From Planctomycetota bacterium (GTDB taxonomy: Bacteria; Planctomycetota; B15-G4): a DNA stretch of 64,000 nt. Position 1 is the first letter of the stretch. Each line of letters opens with the position of its first letter. Below, one piece after another: positions 17,234 through 25,613 of this stretch. Where the stretch lies: positions 21,559 to 85,558 of the forward strand of contig JAJDER010000012.1 in assembly GCA_029259725.1 (NCBI GenBank), given 5' to 3'. The notes below the pieces were generated by a model. The model made no database searches. It was given only the letters and a program-made list of their open reading frames with translations, and was not told the origin of the DNA. The position numbers were made by a program, and so were the translations under genes.

Positions 17234-17800
17234 TCAACAGGCTTTCAGGATGCCCGCATCGACACGCCGCTGGCGCATGACGGTTGCCATGCGGACGAGC
17301 GAGGCGCCATCGACGAGTTCACGAGCCCACGGGTAGACGACCTCTTCCTCCTTCTGGATGTGGCTGCGGTACTCCTCGACGATGGCCATGGCCGCCCGGG
17401 CGGTGGTGGCCCCGTCCCGCTTCATGACCTCACGCTTCAGGTCGACCATGAGCTGCCGGTGGCCGTCGTGCTCGTACTCGATGCAGTCCATCGGCGTGGC
17501 GTCCATTCCGGCGAATATCTCGGTCGCCCGCAAGACGGGGAACAGGGTCTCCTCCTCGTCGGCCGTGTGGAGCGGGATGGCGGTGTCGAGCATGGTGAGC
17601 ACGTCGCACAGCATGGCCAGGCGTCGCTCGGTGAAGGCGCCGTCGGTGGCCAGCTCCCGTCCCACATCCTCGAGCACCTCCAGTTTTTCCAGGATGTGCT
17701 CGTGACAATGGGACAGGATGGCGAATGCATCGCTGTTGGCGATGCACGACCCTCTCGCGGCGAGGTCGGCTTCGTCGAGGTGCACATGGGCATCGGTCAT
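17234..17800 (-). CDS. Hemerythrin HHE cation-binding domain protein
   Basis: 188 aa. Repeated His/Glu motifs (HCHEHILEKLE, HTADEEETLFP, EYEHDGHRQL, HIQKEEEVVYP). AAGGAG upstream of ATG 17800. Confidence 0.8.
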   Translation of the reverse strand: MTDAHVHLDEADLAARGSCIANSDAFAILSHCHEHILEKLEVLEDVGRELATDGAFTERRLAMLCDVLTMLDTAIPLHTADEEETLFPVLRATEIFAGMDATPMDCIEYEHDGHRQLMVDLKREVMKRDGATTARAAMAIVEEYRSHIQKEEEVVYPWARELVDGASLVRMATVMRQRRVDAGILKAC

Positions 17801-17857
17801 GGCGAGTCTCCTTGTAGGATGATTCGTCCAGTATCGACCTGATGTCGCCCAGAGTCC

Positions 17858-17871
17858 TTGACCGAGGTCAA
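17858..17871. promoter_or_regulatory. FNR/CRP-family box TTGACcgagGTCAA upstream of the hemerythrin gene
   Basis: Perfect 5-N4-5 palindrome in the 108-bp gap between the crp/fnr stop and the hemerythrin ATG. Its centre is about 64 nt upstream of the ATG. Confidence 0.6.
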
Positions 17872-17908
17872 GCGTCGACGGCTTTGTTCGGCCGGCCGGC
17901 CCGAACCT

Positions 17909-18610
17909 TCAGGGGCTGGCCGTGCCTGTGTCCGCGAGCGCTTCGATGGCCGCTGGCTGCAGCAGCGTGACGCGCGAGGCGTCCACCTCGATCCAGCCCT
18001 GGTCTTTCCAGCGAGCGAGCAGACGGGAGAGAGTCTCGGGCGTGACGGACAGCTCGCTCGCCAGGTCCTTCTTGGCGACCGGGAGCGTGATGACCAGCGT
18101 CTCTCCCTCCTGGCGAGCCGGGAGCCTGAGCAGATGGTGCGCAAGACGTGCGCCGGCGCTCACGATGGACAGGGTCTCGATGTGCTCCAGCAGCGAGTGG
18201 AGCCAGGTACACAGCGAGCCGACCATCGACGTTCCGAGGCGAGGTTCGCTCCGGAAGAGTTGCAGGAAGCCTGTCGCGTCGAGCTTCACGAGCCGTGTCG
18301 GCGATGCCGTCGCCGCCGCGTAGGCGGGAAATCGACCTCGATGAAAGAGCGCGGCTTCGGCGAATGTGCGCCCGGGTCCGACGTCATGGATGACCTGTTC
18401 GCGGCCGTCCTCGCGGAGCCGGTAGATCTTCACGCGGCCTTCGGCGACGACGAAGAAGCCGCTGCAGCGCTCCCCTTCGCGGAACACGTCATCGCCGGAG
18501 CGCAGGTCCAACTCGCTCGCGATGCGGACCACCGCCTCGAGAACGTCCTCCGGCAGCCCGCGGAAGTGGGGCAGCTGTGCGAGCAGCGCGCGGACGGAGG
18601 CGGTGTCCAT
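17909..18610 (-). CDS. CRP/FNR-family transcription regulator (no N-terminal Cys cluster; Dnr/NnrR-like)
   Basis: 233 aa from ATG 18610. cNMP-binding-like fold (FREGERCSGFFVVAEGRVKIYRL..DGREQVIH) and a C-terminal HTH (KKDLASELSVTPETLSRLLARW). Confidence 0.85.
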   Translation of the reverse strand: MDTASVRALLAQLPHFRGLPEDVLEAVVRIASELDLRSGDDVFREGERCSGFFVVAEGRVKIYRLREDGREQVIHDVGPGRTFAEAALFHRGRFPAYAAATASPTRLVKLDATGFLQLFRSEPRLGTSMVGSLCTWLHSLLEHIETLSIVSAGARLAHHLLRLPARQEGETLVITLPVAKKDLASELSVTPETLSRLLARWKDQGWIEVDASRVTLLQPAAIEALADTGTASP

Positions 18611-18698
18611 GGGGTCTCCGGAACGGACGGGTCCGGAGCTTAGCAATCGGTGGGGCGTACCAGCGCCCGCCGGCGTACTCGCCTGCTTCCAGCCGGGC

Positions 18699-18712
18699 TT
18701 GACTTCCGTCAA
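18699..18712. promoter_or_regulatory. FNR/CRP-family box TTGACttccGTCAA upstream of the crp/fnr gene
   Basis: Second perfect TTGAC-N4-GTCAA palindrome. Its centre is about 95 nt upstream of the regulator ATG (18610). Confidence 0.6.
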
Positions 18713-18739
18713 GGTGCTCGGGCGACGCGCGGTCAGCCC

Positions 18740-19009
18740 ATGCTCATGATCGTCACGACCATGCTGCTCGGCGGCACGGTCCTGGCGCGCGGCGAGGGGC
18801 TCACCGCGGCAGTGCGCGACGAGCACCTGGGTCGCGCCATCGAGCTGTTCGATCAGTCCCTCAGGCTCAAGGCGGAGTTGAGGGAGCTGGACATGCTGCT
18901 GCCCGGGGACGAGGAGATGGGTCCCGTCATCGAGGACCTCGTCGCGGCCTCTCGGGCAGAGCGCTCGCCCGAAGCCGCGTCGAGCGCGAGTGGGGTCGGC
19001 GCGCCGTAG
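18740..19009 (+). CDS. Possible small hypothetical protein
   Basis: ATG 18740 (MLMIVTTMLLGGTVLARGEG...), 89 aa, hydrophobic N-terminus. No recognisable family. Weak support. Confidence 0.25.
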   Translation: MLMIVTTMLLGGTVLARGEGLTAAVRDEHLGRAIELFDQSLRLKAELRELDMLLPGDEEMGPVIEDLVAASRAERSPEAASSASGVGAP

Positions 19010-19245
19010 CGCGCGAGGACTCATCCACGCTCATCCAGCGAGTCCCTCCTGACGTGCGCGGTGTCCTCGCCTCCTCGCCAGCTCGTGTCCCTCCCGGAGG
19101 GGGCCCGGAGGCGAGCTCCATCTCTGGACCGGTCTCAGGGCCAGGTCCACCACGCTCCGCTCCGGCGGCCCCGATGGACAGAATCAGTACTCGAGGACTA
19201 ATCTAACTTGGGAGCGATACGAACCGTCGGGGGGCAGGTCATATC

Positions 19246-19896
19246 GTGGAGCGTGGCGCCAAGGTGTTCCTCGACGGCGAGCAGACACGGGGCCTGCTGG
19301 CCCGAGCCGCGGACGGTGACGAGCCTGCGCTCGAGGAGCTGTTCGATCTCCACCGGAGACGCCTCGGTCGCATGATCCGCGTGCGTCTCGACCGGCGTCT
19401 GCGACGTCGAGTGGACGTGGAGGACGTCGTCCAGGAGGTCTACGTCGACGCCACGCGCCGGCTCGGCGAGTACCTCCGGGAGCGGAAGATCCCGTTCTTC
19501 ATCTGGTTGCGCCTGCTGGGGATGCAGAAGCTGGCCGAACTCCACCGCCGCCACGTCGGCGCCCAGGGGCGCGACGTGCGGCGGGAGCAGCACGCGACCG
19601 GGAGTCCCCAGGTGCCCGCCGACTCCCACTTCATCGCGGAGCGGATCTGCGCAACGCTGACGTCTCCGAGCGCCGCAGCCATGCGCGAAGAGATCCTCGA
19701 ACGGCTGCTCCTGGCGCTGGAGGAGATGTCGCCCGCGGACCGCGAGGTGCTCGTGCTGAGACACTTCGAGCAGCTCGACAGCGCGGAGGTCGCGTGCGAG
19801 CTCGGCATCATGGCCTCCGCCGCGAGCAAGCGATACATTCGGGCGCTGAAGAGGATGCGGGCGATCCTGGCCGACCTGGAAGACACGGAGCGATAG
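19246..19896 (+). CDS. ECF-type sigma-70 family RNA polymerase sigma factor
   Basis: Region 2 (DVVQEVYVDATRRLGEY) and region 4 (REVLVLRHFEQLDSAEVACELGIMASAASKRYIRALKRM). GTG start. TAG stop 4 nt before the kinase gene. Confidence 0.85.
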   Translation: MERGAKVFLDGEQTRGLLARAADGDEPALEELFDLHRRRLGRMIRVRLDRRLRRRVDVEDVVQEVYVDATRRLGEYLRERKIPFFIWLRLLGMQKLAELHRRHVGAQGRDVRREQHATGSPQVPADSHFIAERICATLTSPSAAAMREEILERLLLALEEMSPADREVLVLRHFEQLDSAEVACELGIMASAASKRYIRALKRMRAILADLEDTER

Positions 19897-19899
19897 CGG

Positions 19900-22272
19900 A
19901 TGGACGATCCGGCTCCGGACTGCGGCCCGATCGAGAAGCTGGTGGAGGCATTCCTCGAACGCCGGCGGCGGGGCGAGACGCCTTCGGTCGAGGAGTACGT
20001 CCGGGCCCACCCGGAGCTGGCGGACGAGATCCGCGAGGTGTTTCCGGCCCTCTCCGTCATCGAGAACGCGGCCGCCGAGGTCGTGAGCAGCGAGCCGGCG
20101 GCCCTGGTCCCGGACTTCCCCGGGCTCGAGATCCTGAACGCGGATGATCCGGGCATCGGCGGCATGGGCAAGGTCTACAAGGCGCGGGAAGTGAGCCTGG
20201 ACCGCGTCGTCGCGGTCAAGACGACGCGCGCGCACCTCGACACGCCCGAGGGGCGAGCGTTCTTCGAGAGCGAAGCGCGTTCGGCGGCCCGGCTCGATCA
20301 CCCGCACATCGTGCGCGTGTTCAGCTTCGACCCGGACCACCAGCCGCCGTATTACGTGATGCCCTTCGTCGAGGGGCGTCCGCTCGAGGAGGCCTGCCGG
20401 GGCAAGGACCACCGCTTCGTGGCCGCCATGCTCGAGAAGATCGCCCGCGCGCTCTTCTACGCGCACCACTCGGGCATCCTGCATCGCGACATCAAGCCCG
20501 CCAACATCCTCGTCGACTACCAGGACGAGCCGCACATCACCGACTTCGGGCTTGCCAAGGCCGTGGACTCGGCCCTCATGCAGGCGCCGGCGGACGTCCG
20601 CGAGACGTCGCTCAAGGGCTCGCCCTATTTCATCGCACCCGAGCTGTATGCCGCGGAGGCCGGCGCCTCACCGGCGAGCGACATCTACGCGCTGGGCGTG
20701 ACGATGTACGTCCTGCTGACGGGGCAACGCCCGTTCGCCGCCGACAACGTGCCCGCACTCCGGGAGGCCGTCCTGGGAGCCGAGCCGAGACTGCTCCAGG
20801 AGATCGACCCCGACGTCCCCGAGACGCTGCAGCGCATCTGCCTCAAGGCCATGGAGCGGGCGCCGAAGGACCGTTACGAGTCGGCGCGCATGTTGGCCGA
20901 CGACCTGCGCCGCTTCCTCGAAGGCCGGGAGGTGTTCGCGCGGCCCACGCGCTACCTGCGCGAGCGGAGCGGCAAGCTCCACAACCACCTCACCGACATC
21001 CGCCTGTGGCGCCGCCAGAACCTCATCGACATGCGCGAGATGGATCGACTGGTCCGTCCCTACCGCTGGCTCCTCGAGGCGGACTCGGCGTGGGACGAGA
21101 TGTCACGCCGCTTTCCGTGGGAGACGGCGCTGCTGCGTCTCGGAGGCTGGCTCGCCGTGGTCAGCAGCGTGCTCTGGCCGGCGTTCTACTGGGACGATCT
21201 CGCGCGCTGGCAGCGCGTGACGACGCTGGCCGTGCCGTGTCTGCTGGTGAACCTGGTGGGCTGGATGTCGCACCGTCGCGGCGCGCGGCTCAACGCGATG
21301 GTGTTCCTCTCCACCGGCAGCCTGCTGCTCCCGATGCTGATCGCCGTCGTCCTGGCCGAGTTCGGCTGGCTACGCTTTCCCCAGCTGGAGCTGTGGGAGC
21401 TCATGGGCGACGACGCGCTCCAGGGCGAGAACGGCCGCTTCGTCGTGACCAACACGCAGGTCAACCTGACGCTGAGCGCTTTCCTGATCTACGCGCTCGT
21501 GCTGCTCGCTTCGGTGCGCGCCAAGCTCTTCGCGCTCTGGGTGGGCGTCGGAACCTACCTGCTCTATTCGGGCGTGTTGCTCCTGCTCGGCCTGCGCTAC
21601 TGGTACCTCGAGGTCGAGGACTTCTGGCTGATCAGCCTCAGCTACCTGCCGGTGAGCCTGATGTTCGTGCTCGTCGCCGGCCCGCTGCTGCGGCGTGACC
21701 GGGTGGGCTGGGGGACGATCTTCTACAGCTTCTTCCCCGTGCCGTTCGCGGTGCTGCTCACGTTCGTGGCGCGCTACGGGGCCGAGAAGTGGCTCGGCGC
21801 GAACGACTGGGACGAGCAGCCCGTGCAGTTGTGGCTGATGGCGAACGGGCTCGTGTACCTGGTCCTGGGGCTGGGGCACGCTCGCTCGGCCGCCGGCGTC
21901 GTCCGGTTCTGGGGCGAGCTGTTCATGCTCCTCGTTCCCGTGAGCCTGCTGGTTCCGACGAGCGTGCTGTTCGAGGACGCGCCCTTCTTCGGCGAGGTCG
22001 GTGGCGCCGGGATCAGCATCTACGAGTACGCCGGCGTGCTGCTCAGCATCACCGTCGTCGTCTTCGGCACGCGGATCCGGCGTGCGGCCTTCGTGGCGCC
22101 GGGCCTGATCGGTCTCGCGGTCGCCGTGACGCGCAGCACGGAGCGCCACTTCCAGGAGCATCTCGGCTGGCCGCTCACGCTGGCGGTGTTGGGGGGGCTC
22201 GCGATGATCGTCGGAGCGCTGCTGCGGTTCACGCGCAGCCGGAGAGCGGCGTCCGAGTCCGCGCCCGAGTGA
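19900..22272 (+). CDS. Ser/Thr protein kinase with a large polytopic membrane C-terminal domain
   Basis: Kinase motifs GGMGKVYKA, HRDIKPANIL, DFGLAK and SPYFIAPE. The C-terminal ~400 aa consists of many hydrophobic segments. The N-terminal helical region is typical of ECF-associated kinases. Confidence 0.85.
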   Translation: MDDPAPDCGPIEKLVEAFLERRRRGETPSVEEYVRAHPELADEIREVFPALSVIENAAAEVVSSEPAALVPDFPGLEILNADDPGIGGMGKVYKAREVSLDRVVAVKTTRAHLDTPEGRAFFESEARSAARLDHPHIVRVFSFDPDHQPPYYVMPFVEGRPLEEACRGKDHRFVAAMLEKIARALFYAHHSGILHRDIKPANILVDYQDEPHITDFGLAKAVDSALMQAPADVRETSLKGSPYFIAPELYAAEAGASPASDIYALGVTMYVLLTGQRPFAADNVPALREAVLGAEPRLLQEIDPDVPETLQRICLKAMERAPKDRYESARMLADDLRRFLEGREVFARPTRYLRERSGKLHNHLTDIRLWRRQNLIDMREMDRLVRPYRWLLEADSAWDEMSRRFPWETALLRLGGWLAVVSSVLWPAFYWDDLARWQRVTTLAVPCLLVNLVGWMSHRRGARLNAMVFLSTGSLLLPMLIAVVLAEFGWLRFPQLELWELMGDDALQGENGRFVVTNTQVNLTLSAFLIYALVLLASVRAKLFALWVGVGTYLLYSGVLLLLGLRYWYLEVEDFWLISLSYLPVSLMFVLVAGPLLRRDRVGWGTIFYSFFPVPFAVLLTFVARYGAEKWLGANDWDEQPVQLWLMANGLVYLVLGLGHARSAAGVVRFWGELFMLLVPVSLLVPTSVLFEDAPFFGEVGGAGISIYEYAGVLLSITVVVFGTRIRRAAFVAPGLIGLAVAVTRSTERHFQEHLGWPLTLAVLGGLAMIVGALLRFTRSRRAASESAPE

Positions 22273-22294
22273 CCCCGCGGACGCGGCCCTCCCG

Positions 22295-23434
22295 CTAAAG
22301 TCGGGGCTGGCCGACCAGGGTTCGGTACCACGCCCTCCAGAGCTCGAGGTAGGCCGCCTCGTTCTCGTGGAGCACCGGCGCTTCGGGAAAGCGGCGAGCC
22401 GCGTTCCACTCGTGCGCGAACGCCTCCAGCCAGCGCCGGCAACGCGCGGCTCGATCCTCGTCGATGCTCGCGGCAGCGCCCAGCACGGCGCGCACCCGCT
22501 CCTCGGCCGGTCCCCAGGCGATCACGTGAGAGACCGGGACGGAGGCCGGCGCCTCGCCGAGGAGGCTCCGAGCCAGCTCGCGGTCGAGGTCGGAGGGCAC
22601 GAGCTCCTTCACGAGCACCGCGACGTTGGGCTCATACGTCGTGCGCAACTCGCAGCGCAGGGTGTGGGGCTCGTCGATCATCCCGAGGCGCACCGTGACC
22701 TCGCCCCTCTCCTGGACCAGGGAGAGCAGGGCGGCGGAGAAGAAGCGGCGCAGGAAACTCAGCCCTGCGTCGTCGTCGTCCGCCATCTCCTCCAGGTCCA
22801 CCAGGAACCGGTACTTGCCGCTCGTCCACTCGCCTTCGTCGACGCGGAGCCGACAGACCAGCGAGTGGCCCTCGATCGAGAGCCAGGCATGGCCCCGTTC
22901 GGCCAGGTCGTGCCAGAGCCGCACCGTGCGATCCCAATGGCCCTCTTTCGTCTGTGCCGGGAGCCCGAGCAGCGCCTCGCTGATCGCCGCGTTCGCTGCC
23001 GCCAGCATGGCGCTGGCCTCGTGGATCACCACGAGCTGCGCCGCGCCGAGGCGTCCGTTCGGGTCCCGGTAGTGCCCCAGCGAGGTCACCTCGACGCTTT
23101 CGAGGAGTCTCGTGGCCAACGCCCTCTCGGCGGGCGCCGCGTCGGTGTCGCCAGCCCGTCTCTCGAAGTCGTGACGCGGGAAGTGGAGGAACCAGTCGAA
23201 GAGCATCACGTCACCGCCCTGAACGAAGTTCCGGAGGTCCTCCTCGGCCTTCTCCTGCTTGTCCGGCTCGCTGTTCGAGATGCCGTCGTAGTGCAGGAGG
23301 ACCAGCAGCCGGTCACCGACCGGATCGTGGTGCAGCGTGACTCTCTGCCCGGTCAGCTCGATGCAGCTGCAGACCAGCAGGACGAGCAGGAACATCATTC
23401 CCCACAGATGTTGATGGGGTGGCTTGTGTGTCAT
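22295..23434 (-). CDS. Hypothetical lipoprotein/secreted protein
   Basis: 379 aa. N-terminal hydrophobic segment ending LLVCSC. No recognisable domain. Confidence 0.6.
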   Translation of the reverse strand: MTHKPPHQHLWGMMFLLVLLVCSCIELTGQRVTLHHDPVGDRLLVLLHYDGISNSEPDKQEKAEEDLRNFVQGGDVMLFDWFLHFPRHDFERRAGDTDAAPAERALATRLLESVEVTSLGHYRDPNGRLGAAQLVVIHEASAMLAAANAAISEALLGLPAQTKEGHWDRTVRLWHDLAERGHAWLSIEGHSLVCRLRVDEGEWTSGKYRFLVDLEEMADDDDAGLSFLRRFFSAALLSLVQERGEVTVRLGMIDEPHTLRCELRTTYEPNVAVLVKELVPSDLDRELARSLLGEAPASVPVSHVIAWGPAEERVRAVLGAAASIDEDRAARCRRWLEAFAHEWNAARRFPEAPVLHENEAAYLELWRAWYRTLVGQPRL

Positions 23435-23686
23435 GGCGTGACTCCCTGGCGCCTGCGCGTGAACTCGGTCTCACGGGTTTAACTGCAGGGACCCGGGGAC
23501 CGGGGACAGACCCTGGGAGAATTCTCGCGGCCTTTCCTCCCGGATCCGCTCCCCGACGTCCGAGGGCCATCACCGCACCTCCGTGCACGGCGCCGGCGTG
23601 CCGGGGCCGAGTTGGTAGCCGATCGACTGACCGCAGCCTACCGTGTGGGGGTGCACCACCGAGGCTCATCTCGTCGGAGGACGGCC

Positions 23687-25177
23687 GTGTCGCGCTGGTC
23701 GAGACATCTTGTCGCGATCCTCATCGCCACGGTCGCTCCGTTCGCCGCGGCCGGCGAGATTCTCGTCGGTCCCGGGGACAGCTTGCAGGCGGCGATCGAT
23801 CTCGCGTCGCAGGGCGACACGGTCCTCGTGGAGCCCGGGGTGTACGGCGAGGCGATCGTGATCGACAAGCGACTCGAGCTGCGCGCCTTGCAGGCCGCTG
23901 GAGTCACCACGATCGACGCGAGCGGCACGGGCCAACCGGTCGTACGATTGATCGCGGGCGCCGAGGACACCGAGCTGCACGGCTTCACGATCACGGGGGG
24001 ATCCGGCTCGGAGGGCGGTGGGGTGGCCGCCGGCTTCGAGCGGCTGTCCGTGTTCGACTGCATCGTGGCCGGCAACGTGGCGACGGTCGACGGCGGCGGG
24101 CTGCACGCCGCCCAAGGTGTCGTGCTCGAGCGCTGCGTGTTCCGCCGCAACCGCGCCGGGGGCCGCGGCGGGGGCGTCGCGATCTGCGGCATGCAGGCCT
24201 TCCGCATCGAGGACACGCAGTTCGTGAGCAACCACGCGGGCAGCGACGGTGGCGGTCTCTCGGTCGAGGTCGACATCCCCACGGTCACGACCACGTGCAG
24301 TGAGGTGCGGCGCTGCGGGTTCGTCGACAACCTGTCGCTTGGCGACGGGGGCGGAGCCGCGGTGAGCTACGCGGCCAACGGCTTCGGCTTCGTGCTGGGG
24401 ATCCTCCAGTTCACCAACGACCTGTTCCTGCGCAACACGGCCGCCGGCGTCGGCGGGGGGCTGGGATTGCTCGGCGGTTCCCAGGCGGCGGCGTTCGTCG
24501 ATCACTGCAACCTGCTCGACAACAGCGCGTCATCGGGCGGCGGCTTGTGCGTGGGTCCCGGGTTGCCGACCGATGTCGCCAATACGATCGTGCGCGGGAA
24601 CCAGCCCGACCAGATCGCCGACACCGGCCCCGTCGAGGTGGGCGCCAGCAACGTCGAGGGGGGCCTGCCGTCCGTGCCCGGCTTCCCGAACCTCGATGTC
24701 GACCCGGCGTTCGCCGATGCGGCCCGTGATGACTTCCATCTCACCGCGGGCTCGCCCTGTCGCGATGCCGGCGCGTCGGCGCTCGGGAGCGCTGTCGCCC
24801 GGGACCTCGACGGCGACCCGCGCCCCTTCGGGAGCGAGCGCGACATCGGCCTCGACGAGTTCCATCCGCATCTCTACGCGCTCGGCGAGGCACAGGCCGG
24901 GGCCGAGTTGAGCCTGCGGATCGTGGGCGTGCCCGGCGACGGCGACGTGTTGCTCCTCGCCGGCGCCGGCCTCGCCGACCCGCCCGCGCCGACGGGCTTC
25001 GGCCCGTTGTTGCTGCAGGCGCCGCTCACCGTGGTGTCGCTGGGTCCGATCCCGACCGACGGGATCCTCGAGCTGGACGCGCGGCTGCCGCCGGCAACGC
25101 CGCCAGGCGAGCAGTTCGTGCAGGCGCTGTCCGGCAGCCTGCTCACGAACGCGCTGGTGCTCGACGTCGTGCCTTGA
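23687..25177 (+). CDS. Secreted right-handed parallel beta-helix repeat protein
   Basis: GTG 23687 with GGAGGA upstream. Signal peptide HLVAILIATVAPFAAAGE. Repeated GGG-containing beta-helix turns (ITGGSGSEGGGV, DGGGL, GGRGGGV, SDGGGL, GDGGGA, GVGGGL, SGGGL). Confidence 0.7.
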   Translation: MSRWSRHLVAILIATVAPFAAAGEILVGPGDSLQAAIDLASQGDTVLVEPGVYGEAIVIDKRLELRALQAAGVTTIDASGTGQPVVRLIAGAEDTELHGFTITGGSGSEGGGVAAGFERLSVFDCIVAGNVATVDGGGLHAAQGVVLERCVFRRNRAGGRGGGVAICGMQAFRIEDTQFVSNHAGSDGGGLSVEVDIPTVTTTCSEVRRCGFVDNLSLGDGGGAAVSYAANGFGFVLGILQFTNDLFLRNTAAGVGGGLGLLGGSQAAAFVDHCNLLDNSASSGGGLCVGPGLPTDVANTIVRGNQPDQIADTGPVEVGASNVEGGLPSVPGFPNLDVDPAFADAARDDFHLTAGSPCRDAGASALGSAVARDLDGDPRPFGSERDIGLDEFHPHLYALGEAQAGAELSLRIVGVPGDGDVLLLAGAGLADPPAPTGFGPLLLQAPLTVVSLGPIPTDGILELDARLPPATPPGEQFVQALSGSLLTNALVLDVVP

Positions 25178-25314
25178 GGCCCGTCCCGCTCTCGCACCGC
25201 GGCGGCCACCGCCGGCTCTGGGGCGGAATCAGCGGCTCTCGTCGCGACGATGGCCGGCGGCGTCCACGTGTCCACCGAGGCGGTCGGTGCGCCGTCGGTG
25301 CTTCCCCGTCCTTC

Positions 25315-25613
25315 AGCGCGATCCACCTCGCCACGATGACGAAGGTCGACGTCTACGTGCGGCCGTTCACCGGGCTCTTCGCCAGCGAGATCGAACGGGC
25401 GCGCCCATCCAGGTGGGGGATGCCGGCGCGGAGCTGCGGATCGCCACGCCCGAGGACACGCTGCTGCAGAAGCTGCGCTGGTACGACGACGGGGGCCGCG
25501 TCTCCGACAAGCAGTGGCACGACGTGCTCGGGATCCTCAAGGCGAGCGCGACCGCCGTTCCCGGCTGCATCGGACTCCCTTGCGGCGCGGCGACCTGCGA
25601 CGATGGGGCGTGA
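25315..25613 (+). pseudogene. Possible frameshifted, N-terminally truncated remnant of a conserved hypothetical gene
   Basis: Frame A reads AIHLATMTKVDVYVRPFTGLFASEIERARP. Frame B continues IQVGDAGAELRIATPEDTLLQKLRWYDDGGRVSDKQWHDVLGILKA. The (A)TPEDT(I/L)LxKLxWY...S(D/E)xQWxDVLG(I/V)LK pattern resembles, from memory, a widespread small uncharacterised family. There is no intact ORF. Confidence 0.35.
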
